Shown here piece by piece: positions 35,474 to 43,084 of a DNA stretch of 64,000 nucleotides. The DNA comes from an uncultured Muribaculaceae bacterium (GTDB lineage Bacteria > Bacillota_I > Bacilli_A > RF39 > UBA660). The stretch covers positions 32 to 64,031 of the forward strand of contig CAZRJK010000008.1 of NCBI GenBank assembly GCA_964600615.1. The letters run 5' to 3'. The notes below the pieces were generated by a model. The model was not told the origin of the DNA, made no database searches, and worked only from the letters and a program-made list of their open reading frames with translations. The position numbers and the translations under genes are program-made. Position 1 is the stretch's first letter. Each line of letters starts with the position of its first letter.

Positions 35474-36592
35474 ATGTTAGTTGGTATTTGTGAGAATCCT
35501 TTTGTTTTGAAAATTTTATTATTTATTGGGAAGCTTGTTAAGATTTGTTATTTGGTTATTCCTATTGGATTAGTAATTTTTTTTAGTTTTGATTTTTTTA
35601 AAGGAATTATTAATCAGGAAGAAGCTGATAAACAAATTGTTTTTTCATTGAAAAAAATAATTAATGTTGTTGCTTTGTTTTTGGTTCCTACATTTGTTAG
35701 TATTTTTATGAAATTTATTAGTAATATAGAATTTTTAGATATTAATTATAAAACTTGTTTAGCTAATACTTCTAATATTACTTATTATGAGGAAAAGTAT
35801 GAATCTTTAATTAAATTAGAAGAAGAAAAAAGAGCAGAAGAAATAGAAAAGCAATTAGCCGATTATGAGTATTATAAAACACTTGATAGAAGGAAAAAAA
35901 TGTTTGTTAAATATAATGAGAAGAAAGATAACAATGGTGGAAATAATACTGGAGGCAATACTTATGATCCTAGTGCTGTTTTTACTGGACAAACATATAG
36001 TTTAAGTGCTGATGAATTAAAAAACATAACTGCTGTATGTATTGGTGAACAGGGAGCATATGTTGATGGTGTTTCTTCGGAAGCTTCTTTTATGGCTAAT
36101 ACTTATGAAGCTAAATATTCTAATAAATTTTCAACGATTTCAAGCTGGGTACTTGATACTGGGGATGGACATTATTTTGATACTCGTTCTTATGAAAATG
36201 GTTTACCCCAAGTTACTGATGAGTTGATTAATGCGGTTAAAGAAGTTTTAGTTAATGGTAATAGGACTTTACCTTTATATGTTGATGATCATGATTGTTG
36301 GTTTTGTTCTGATCATTATGATAGGAATCATAATCCACTTTATTGCCATAATGGTAATAAGGGTGATATATGTTATTTAAATAATGGTGGTTCTGATTTA
36401 TCTAGTAAGGATGAGATTACTAATAGAGATAATTATATAAAGGATAAGACTAAAATATATACTTATTATAAGCAAGATCATAGTGATGATTTGGATAAGT
36501 ACTTTATTTTTTATGCTTGGGCTAGACCTACTACGAAGGGTGGGGATCCTTTTGGGTATACTGAAGATACTTATAAGCGTATAAATGGTTAG
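35474..36592 (+). CDS. Membrane protein: conserved N-terminal 2-TM module + coiled linker + Cys/His-rich C-terminal domain (paralog A)
   Basis: Same N-terminal module as the 24195 product. The C-terminal domain has GEQG...EASFMANTYE and LVNGNRTLPLYVDDHDCWFC motifs shared with paralog B. Confidence 0.8.
   Translation: MLVGICENPFVLKILLFIGKLVKICYLVIPIGLVIFFSFDFFKGIINQEEADKQIVFSLKKIINVVALFLVPTFVSIFMKFISNIEFLDINYKTCLANTSNITYYEEKYESLIKLEEEKRAEEIEKQLADYEYYKTLDRRKKMFVKYNEKKDNNGGNNTGGNTYDPSAVFTGQTYSLSADELKNITAVCIGEQGAYVDGVSSEASFMANTYEAKYSNKFSTISSWVLDTGDGHYFDTRSYENGLPQVTDELINAVKEVLVNGNRTLPLYVDDHDCWFCSDHYDRNHNPLYCHNGNKGDICYLNNGGSDLSSKDEITNRDNYIKDKTKIYTYYKQDHSDDLDKYFIFYAWARPTTKGGDPFGYTEDTYKRING
35822..35986 (+). 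repeat. Near-identical block shared with 37009-37173 (linker region of the tandem paralogs)
   Basis: Hand alignment gives roughly 155/165 identical, including a 68-nt perfect run (gattatgagtattataaaacacttgatagaaggaaaaaaatgtttgttaaatataatgagaagaaaga). The flanking parts of the genes are clearly more diverged. Confidence 0.85.
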
Positions 36593-36656
36593 TATAGTTT
36601 TTGTTTAAATTTTTTTAATTGTGTGTTATAATTTTTTTGGATAGTGAGGGATAAAT

Positions 36657-37757
36657 ATGATTGTTGGTGCTTGTGAAAATCCTTTTGTTTTAAAGATTTT
36701 GTTATTTATGGGAAAAATTGTTGAGGTTTGTTATTTGATTATTCCTATTGGTTTGATTCTTTTTATGAGTATTGATTTTTTTAAGGCAATTATTAATAAA
36801 GAAGAAGAAGGAACTAAGAATGTTATTTTTTCTTTTAAGAGAATTGTTAACGTTGTTGCTTTATTTTTGGTTCCTACTTTTATAAGCTTTTTTATGGATT
36901 TTGTTAGTAATTTAGATTTGTTTAATGGAGATTATGCTTCTTGTTTAGCTAATACTTCTAGTGTTACTTATTATCAAGAGAAGTATGATGCCTTGGTTAA
37001 ACAAGAGGAAGAAAAAAGAGCAAAAGAGATAGAAAAGCAATTAGCTGATTATGAGTATTATAAAACACTTGATAGAAGGAAAAAAATGTTTGTTAAATAT
37101 AATGAGAAGAAAGACAACGATGGTGGCAATAATACTGGAGGCAATACTTATAATCCTGATGCTGTTTTTACGGGCCAAACTTATAATTTAACTGATGAAC
37201 AGGTAAAGAGATTAGCTGCTATATGTTATGGTGAAAAAGGAAATAATGTAAAGGCAGTAGCTGCAGAGGCTACAATGATGGCCAATATATACGAGGATCG
37301 TGGGAATAAGAATTATTCTTTATATGATTGGGCTCTTCTACCAGTTGGCGATGGTGGTTGGTATGCTTCAAGCAGTAGGGATAGTAGTAATATAGCTAAA
37401 GTTACTGATGAGTTATTTAATGCGGTTAAAGATGTTTTAGTTAATGGTAATAGGACTTTGCCTTTATATATAGATGATCATGATTGTTTGTTTTGCGATG
37501 ATTCCACTTGTTCAAATGGTAATAGGGGCGATGTATGTTATTTAGATACTAATGGGACTATTTTTTCTGATGAATCTCAATTAAAGGATAGATATAATTC
37601 AACTATCTATATTCCTAATAAGACAAAAGTATATACTCTTAGTAAGTTGAGAAATAGTGTTGCTAGTGAGCGATATTTTGTATTTTATACTTTTGTATCT
37701 GATAATAGTGGTCCTGTTGGGTATACTGAGAAGAGTTATAAAAGAGTAAATGGTTAG
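36657..37757 (+). CDS. Membrane protein, tandem paralog B of the 35474 gene
   Basis: Collinear with paralog A over its whole length; similar promoter/SD context (tataat...gtgagggata). Confidence 0.8.
   Translation: MIVGACENPFVLKILLFMGKIVEVCYLIIPIGLILFMSIDFFKAIINKEEEGTKNVIFSFKRIVNVVALFLVPTFISFFMDFVSNLDLFNGDYASCLANTSSVTYYQEKYDALVKQEEEKRAKEIEKQLADYEYYKTLDRRKKMFVKYNEKKDNDGGNNTGGNTYNPDAVFTGQTYNLTDEQVKRLAAICYGEKGNNVKAVAAEATMMANIYEDRGNKNYSLYDWALLPVGDGGWYASSSRDSSNIAKVTDELFNAVKDVLVNGNRTLPLYIDDHDCLFCDDSTCSNGNRGDVCYLDTNGTIFSDESQLKDRYNSTIYIPNKTKVYTLSKLRNSVASERYFVFYTFVSDNSGPVGYTEKSYKRVNG
37009..37173 (+). repeat. Second copy of the near-identical paralog block (see 35822-35986)
   Basis: Direct comparison of the two gene sequences. 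Confidence 0.85.
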
Positions 37758-37766
37758 AGGTGTGTT

Positions 37767-38375
37767 ATGATACAGAATATAAAAGAAAAGTTATATAGAT
37801 TTACTTCTAGTAATAAATTATTTGTTGTTTCTATTATTTTATTTATTTTATTAATTGTTTTTTCAATTTATAATAATAAAAGGTCTAATGAGAGATTTGT
37901 GGATTATATTACTAAATTAGGTTATTATAATGAAGATGGTGGTAATTTATATTATTATAATGTTGGAGGTATTTCTTTAGAAGATTTTAATGATGATGTT
38001 GCTAATGGTCTTGATTCTCATTATGAGATTAATTATTTTGATGTTAACGAGGTTTTATTTAAAAAGAATTTTAGAGATTATACTGATAAGATGAATACGC
38101 TTTTAAATTTTACTTATGATTATAAGAGTGGCGTTGTTACTTACTCTTATAGAGGTGTTTCTAATAATGAAGCTGTTTTAATGTTTAGTGGAGAGTATTC
38201 ATATAAGGATGATGCTTTTGATTTTTCTTGTAATAAGGATTATAGATATCAATATGATGTAGATTCTAATGATGATTTGGTTTGTACTTTTCTTAAGGGA
38301 AAGGTTGAAAATTTTTATGTTGAGGCTATTAATGTTATAGAGAAGTATTCTGTTGTTGATAATGTAATTAAATAA
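37767..38375 (+). CDS. Hypothetical N-terminally anchored membrane protein, translationally close to paralog B
   Basis: One TM (LFVVSIILFILLIVFSIY) and a 9-nt gap after the 36657 gene. No recognisable motif. Confidence 0.65.
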   Translation: MIQNIKEKLYRFTSSNKLFVVSIILFILLIVFSIYNNKRSNERFVDYITKLGYYNEDGGNLYYYNVGGISLEDFNDDVANGLDSHYEINYFDVNEVLFKKNFRDYTDKMNTLLNFTYDYKSGVVTYSYRGVSNNEAVLMFSGEYSYKDDAFDFSCNKDYRYQYDVDSNDDLVCTFLKGKVENFYVEAINVIEKYSVVDNVIK

Positions 38376-38391
38376 TATATATGGTGGTTTT

Positions 38392-38817
38392 ATGGATGAT
38401 ATTTATTATATGGAAGAAGCTTTAAAACTTGCTAAGAAGGCTTATGAGGTAGATGAGATCCCTGTTGGTTGTGTTATTGTTTGTGATAATAAGATTATAG
38501 CTAGGGGATATAATAGAAAAGAATTAGATAAAATAGCCACTTATCATGCTGAAATTATGGCTATTAATGTGGCGTGTAAAGAGTTAGGTAGTTGGCGATT
38601 AGATAATTGTGTATTGTATACTACTATGGAACCTTGTATGATGTGTACAGGTGCTATTTTGCAGGCTAGAATACCTAGAGTTGTATATGGAATAAAAAAT
38701 GAGGCTTTTGGATTTCTTAGTGAAATTAAGAATGCTAAGATTGAAATTAATGATGGTGTTTTGGAAAATAGATGTTTAGAGTTGTTAACTGATTTTTTTA
38801 GAGAAAAGCGAAAATAA
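38392..38817 (+). CDS. tadA: tRNA-specific adenosine deaminase
   Basis: HAEIMAI and PCMMCTGAI zinc motifs. Confidence 0.92.
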   Translation: MDDIYYMEEALKLAKKAYEVDEIPVGCVIVCDNKIIARGYNRKELDKIATYHAEIMAINVACKELGSWRLDNCVLYTTMEPCMMCTGAILQARIPRVVYGIKNEAFGFLSEIKNAKIEINDGVLENRCLELLTDFFREKRK

Positions 38818-38872
38818 TTGCTTTTTTTCTTTATTTGTGCTATTATATAAGTCGTTTTGGGGAGGTAATATT

Positions 38873-39454
38873 ATGAGTTGTCCATATTATTCATTTAAGA
38901 GTGGTTTATTGTTCGGTGGAGATTACTTTTGTGATGTAAAAAAAATAAGTGTTGATTCTTCACAATACAATACATATTGTAGGGGATATAATTACTCTAA
39001 TTGTGTAATATATAAATCAAAAAATGGATCTTCTAGTGGTTGTTTTATTACAACTGTAGTTCGTGATATTTTAGGAAAAGAAGATAATGATGTTTTACTT
39101 AATAATTTTAGATGTTTTAGAGATAATATTTTACATTGTGATGAAAAATATAATGAATTATTACAGGATTATGATAATATTGGTCCTAGAATAGCTGATG
39201 CTATATGGACTGATAAGGATGCTGTAAAGATGGCTAATGGTATTTATAATATTTCTTTATTACCAATTAATGAAATGATTAAGAATAAGGAATATGATAA
39301 AGCTTGTGAAAAATACTATTTACTTACTCTTTCATTAATTAATTATTATGGTTTAAAACATGATTATAATTTTGATAAAGATAATGGTTTATATGAAAAA
39401 GATTTTGATGCTAAAGTATCTGGACATGGAAGAAGATTAATTAAAGAATGTTAA
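38873..39454 (+). CDS. Cysteine-rich hypothetical protein (CPYY...C...C...C N-terminus, then the SGCFITT...FRCFRDN motif)
   Basis: ATG 38873 follows SD ggggagg. The motif layout recalls a conserved uncharacterised family, but I cannot name it. Confidence 0.6.
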   Translation: MSCPYYSFKSGLLFGGDYFCDVKKISVDSSQYNTYCRGYNYSNCVIYKSKNGSSSGCFITTVVRDILGKEDNDVLLNNFRCFRDNILHCDEKYNELLQDYDNIGPRIADAIWTDKDAVKMANGIYNISLLPINEMIKNKEYDKACEKYYLLTLSLINYYGLKHDYNFDKDNGLYEKDFDAKVSGHGRRLIKEC

Positions 39455-39496
39455 TATAAAAAGCTATGTTTATTCATATATTTAATTGGTGATATT

Positions 39497-40219
39497 ATGA
39501 ATAATATAAATATAGCTTTTTTTCTTGCTTTTATTGCAGGTTTTTCTACTTTGGTGGGATTAGTTTTTATTTTTTTAAAAATTAAAGAAGAACATATAAT
39601 AATATGCTCTTCTTTAGCTTTTGCTAGTGGGGTAATGCTATCTATTTCTATTTTTGATTTAATTCCTTCGGCTATAAGATTATTATATAATTATAATATT
39701 TTATATGTTTTTTTATTTATGGTTATAGGTATTTGTTTATCTAGTGCTATTGATTATTTTATTGGTAGTGATGATTCTCTATACAAAGTAGGTATTATTT
39801 CAATGATTGGTATTATTATGCATAATATACCTGAGGGTATTCTTACTTTTATTACTTGTACTAAGGATATTAAATTGGGGGTATCTTTAGCTATTGTTAT
39901 TGCTATTCATAATATACCTGAAGGTATATCTATTGGTATACCTATATTTTATTCTACTAATAGTAAGATAAAGACTTTCTCTTATACTTTTATTGCAGCT
40001 TTTTCTGAATTGTTGGGGGCAATTATTACTTATTTATTTTTAATTAATTATATTAATAATTTTATATTAGGAATATTATTTTCTGTTATAGCAGGTATTA
40101 TGATACAAATATCTTTGTTAGAATTATTACCTGTTGCTAATAGTTATAATAATAAATTATTAGTAAGAATATTTTTTATATTTGGTTTTGTATTAATGAT
40201 TATTAATTTGTTATTTTAA
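39497..40219 (+). CDS. zupT: ZIP-family zinc transporter ZupT
   Basis: Two HNIPEG motifs; ~8 TM helices. Confidence 0.88.
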   Translation: MNNINIAFFLAFIAGFSTLVGLVFIFLKIKEEHIIICSSLAFASGVMLSISIFDLIPSAIRLLYNYNILYVFLFMVIGICLSSAIDYFIGSDDSLYKVGIISMIGIIMHNIPEGILTFITCTKDIKLGVSLAIVIAIHNIPEGISIGIPIFYSTNSKIKTFSYTFIAAFSELLGAIITYLFLINYINNFILGILFSVIAGIMIQISLLELLPVANSYNNKLLVRIFFIFGFVLMIINLLF

Positions 40220-40248
40220 TAATTTGTGTTATAATTATTAGAGTTAGG

Positions 40249-41496
40249 ATGTGCATAATGAGGAAGATTTATTTTGTGTTTATATTGATATTATATTTTT
40301 TTAATATAAGTATTATTAATGCTGTTGATATTAGTAAGGCATATGATTATAGTTATGAAGAAGTTAATGTTGATATTACTAGTAAACATGTTATGTTATA
40401 TAATTTAACGGATAATTATAAGCTATTAGATATAAATGGTAATGAGAAGGTACAGATAGCTAGTTTAACTAAGATTATGACTAGTATAGTTGCAATTGAA
40501 AATATTAAGAATTTGGATGATAAAGTAACTATTAAGAGTAATGTATTTAATGGTATTAGTGAATATTCTAAAGCAGGTTTTAATGTAGGTAATAAAGTTA
40601 GTTATAGGGATTTATTATATGGAATAATGCTTCCTAGTGGTGCTGATGCTGTTAGGGCGATAATTCTTAATATTAGTGATAGTGAAGATAAGTTTATAGA
40701 ACTTATGAATAATAAAGCTAAGGAATTAGGGCTTACTAATACTCATTTTGATAATGGAATTGGAATGGATTCTAAAGATAATTATTCTACTGCTAGTGAT
40801 ATGGCTGTTATATTAAATTATGCTTTGGAAAATGAAGAGTTTAAGAAAATATTTACAACTAAGAAATATACTGTTGATTCTGTTGGTTTAAAATTTGAGA
40901 GTACTCTTAGTTTATATGGTGGTAATATGGATACTAGTTTTATTAATGGTTCTAAGAGTGGTTTTACTGATGGTGCTGGAGTATGTTTAGCTTCTATTGC
41001 TAGTGTTAATGATGTTGATTATTTGCTTATAGTATTAGGGTCTAATGCTAAGAATAGGTCAAATGCTGTTAGGGATAGTGTTGATATATATAATTATTTT
41101 GGTAAGAATTATAGTTATAAGGTATTGTTGGATAAAAATCATGTTATTAAGAAAATTAAGGTTAAATGGGGTAAGAAGAAAACTTATGATATAAAAGTAT
41201 CTAATGATATTAAGAAATATGTTAAGAATAATGTTAGTGATGATGATTTAAAATATGTTTATGATGGTATTGAGGAATTAAAATATAGTATAAAGAAGGG
41301 CAGTAAGTTGGGTAAGGTTGATGTTATATATAAGGGTAAAGTTATTGGTAGTGAGGATATTTATTTAAATGAGGAACTTAAATATTATCATCCTGTTGTA
41401 TATGGAATTATGATTCTCTCTTTTGTTGCTATGATTAGTTCTTTAGTTAGTATAAAGAAGCAAAAGAGAAAGAAAAGAAAGAAAAAGAAGAAATAG
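40249..41496 (+). CDS. Serine-type D-Ala-D-Ala carboxypeptidase (PBP5/DacB-like) with a C-terminal TM and poly-Lys tail
   Basis: SLTKIMT (SxxK) active-site motif, signal sequence, and a C-terminal anchor followed by KKQKRKKRKKKKK. The start could also be the ATG at 40258. Confidence 0.85.
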   Translation: MCIMRKIYFVFILILYFFNISIINAVDISKAYDYSYEEVNVDITSKHVMLYNLTDNYKLLDINGNEKVQIASLTKIMTSIVAIENIKNLDDKVTIKSNVFNGISEYSKAGFNVGNKVSYRDLLYGIMLPSGADAVRAIILNISDSEDKFIELMNNKAKELGLTNTHFDNGIGMDSKDNYSTASDMAVILNYALENEEFKKIFTTKKYTVDSVGLKFESTLSLYGGNMDTSFINGSKSGFTDGAGVCLASIASVNDVDYLLIVLGSNAKNRSNAVRDSVDIYNYFGKNYSYKVLLDKNHVIKKIKVKWGKKKTYDIKVSNDIKKYVKNNVSDDDLKYVYDGIEELKYSIKKGSKLGKVDVIYKGKVIGSEDIYLNEELKYYHPVVYGIMILSFVAMISSLVSIKKQKRKKRKKKKK

Positions 41497-41525
41497 TTGA
41501 CTAATAATATTAATTATAATATAAT
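41497..41525 (+). promoter_or_regulatory. Sigma-A-type promoter of the pheST leader
   Basis: TTGACT (41497-41502), 17-nt spacer, TATAAT (41520-41525). Confidence 0.7.
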
Positions 41526-41526
41526 T

Positions 41527-41745
41527 ATTGTGTTGTGAGATATAAGATTATGATGAGGAAATAGTAATACTTGGATATTAATATGAGAGAGTTAGTGTAA
41601 GGTGAGAGACTAATTATTAATAGAGTATGAATTCACCCTTTAGTTTTATCGTGTAATTACGTTACAAATAGAGAGTATAACATTGTTATAAAGAAAGGTG
41701 GTACCGCGGCTTGAGTCGTCCTTTTGTACCATCTTTTTTTGTGTT
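41527..41745 (+). promoter_or_regulatory. T-box riboswitch leader, Phe-specific (UUC specifier)
   Basis: AGAGA/GGUGAGAGA stem I distal elements, GAAUUCA specifier context (UUC at 41632-41634), and the conserved T-box aaaggtggtaccgcg (about 41695-41709). A terminator helix ggtggtac/gtaccatc and a T run follow. Confidence 0.85.
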
Positions 41746-41755
41746 TGGAGGTATT

Positions 41756-42031
41756 ATGGAATATTTACTTAAATATGTATCTAATGATTGTTATAAAAAG
41801 ATACTTAATAGTGGTAATGATTATCTTTTAGATAGTTTAGTTCATTATCGGGTTAATGTTGATTTAAATATTAGGTATTTGATTGATATTGGTATTAGTA
41901 ATTTGGATAGTGTAATATATGATAGATTAGAGGATTTGATAAAACCACATAGTGATTTTATGAAAATGATTGATAATTATATTGATAAAATGGGTAAAGA
42001 TAATTTTATTAGTATGATAGAAAATATGTGA
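41756..42031 (+). CDS. Small hypothetical protein (91 aa), first gene of the T-box-controlled pheST operon
   Basis: ATG 41756 follows SD ggaggt. The track's TTG start at 41711 would lie inside the T-box terminator. Confidence 0.6.
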   Translation: MEYLLKYVSNDCYKKILNSGNDYLLDSLVHYRVNVDLNIRYLIDIGISNLDSVIYDRLEDLIKPHSDFMKMIDNYIDKMGKDNFISMIENM

Positions 42032-42040
42032 GGTGAGATT

Positions 42041-43084
42041 ATGAAGGATGTAGAGAATTTATTAGGAGAGGTTAAGAGTATTTTTGATAATGTTAAAACT
42101 CTTGAAGAATTAAACGATTTAAGAGTTGAGTATATGGGTAAGAAGGGTAAGATTACTGAGGTTAATAGTCATATTAAAGATGTAGATAATGATAAGAAAA
42201 AAGAATTTGGTATGAAGGTTAATGAAGTGAAAACATTATTTAATTCTAAATATGAAGAAAAGAAAGAATTGTTTGAGAGAGAAATATTAAATAAGAGATT
42301 AGAGAGTGAAAAAATAGATATTTCTTTACCTAGTACTTGTGTTAGTGTGGGAGCTCCTAATATATTAGAGAAGTTAATTGAAGAAGTAGAAGATGTATTT
42401 ATGTCTATGGGATATGATGTTGTTGATGGCCCTGAGATAGAGGAAGATAAATATAATTTTGAGATGTTAAATATTCCTAAGGGCCATCCGGCTAGAGATG
42501 CTCAAGATACTTTTTATATAGATGGTGAAGAGATTCTTCTTCGTAGTCAGACTAGTCCTGTTCAGGTTAGGACAATGTTAAAGGGAGAAGGTAAAGTACC
42601 TATTAGAATGATATGTCCTGGTAAAACTTATCGTAGGGATGATGATGATGCTAGTCATTCTCATCAGTTTATGCAAATTGAAGGATTACTTGTAGATAAG
42701 GATATTAGTTTAAGTGATTTAAAAGGAACTATGGATGTATTATTTAAGAGATTATTTGGTAAGGATGTAGAGACTAGATTTAGACCTAGTTATTATCAAT
42801 TTACTGAGCCTTCAGTTGAAGTGGATATTACATGTGTTAATTGTCATGGTAAGGGATGTCCTGTATGTAAGAAAACTGGTTGGGTTACTGTTGTTGGAGC
42901 AGGAGTAGTTCATCCTAATGTTCTTCGTATGAGTGGATATGATCCTTCTATTTGGAGTGGTTTTGCTTTTGGATTTGGGGCTGAGAGACTTGCGATGATG
43001 AAATATGATATTAATGATATTAGAGTTTTTTATAATCCAGATTTGAGAGAAGCAAGTGTATTTGATAGGGAGGATGAGGAATAA
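42041..43084 (+). CDS. pheS: Phenylalanine--tRNA ligase alpha subunit
   Basis: Class II motifs (GHPARD, FRPSYYQFTEPSVEVD, GFGFGAERLAM). Confidence 0.96.
   Translation: MKDVENLLGEVKSIFDNVKTLEELNDLRVEYMGKKGKITEVNSHIKDVDNDKKKEFGMKVNEVKTLFNSKYEEKKELFEREILNKRLESEKIDISLPSTCVSVGAPNILEKLIEEVEDVFMSMGYDVVDGPEIEEDKYNFEMLNIPKGHPARDAQDTFYIDGEEILLRSQTSPVQVRTMLKGEGKVPIRMICPGKTYRRDDDDASHSHQFMQIEGLLVDKDISLSDLKGTMDVLFKRLFGKDVETRFRPSYYQFTEPSVEVDITCVNCHGKGCPVCKKTGWVTVVGAGVVHPNVLRMSGYDPSIWSGFAFGFGAERLAMMKYDINDIRVFYNPDLREASVFDREDEE

Noticed and set aside
41455-41496. Long polypurine run (aagaagcaaaagagaaagaaaagaaagaaaaagaagaaa)
   Set aside because: - It is simply the coding sequence of the poly-Lys/Arg cytoplasmic tail of the DD-carboxypeptidase.
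- There is no evidence for a regulatory role.
41711-41755. TTG start at 41711 for the ORF preceding pheS
   Set aside because: - It would put the first 15 codons inside the T-box terminator helix and its T run.
- ATG 41756, with SD ggaggt, is the sensible start.
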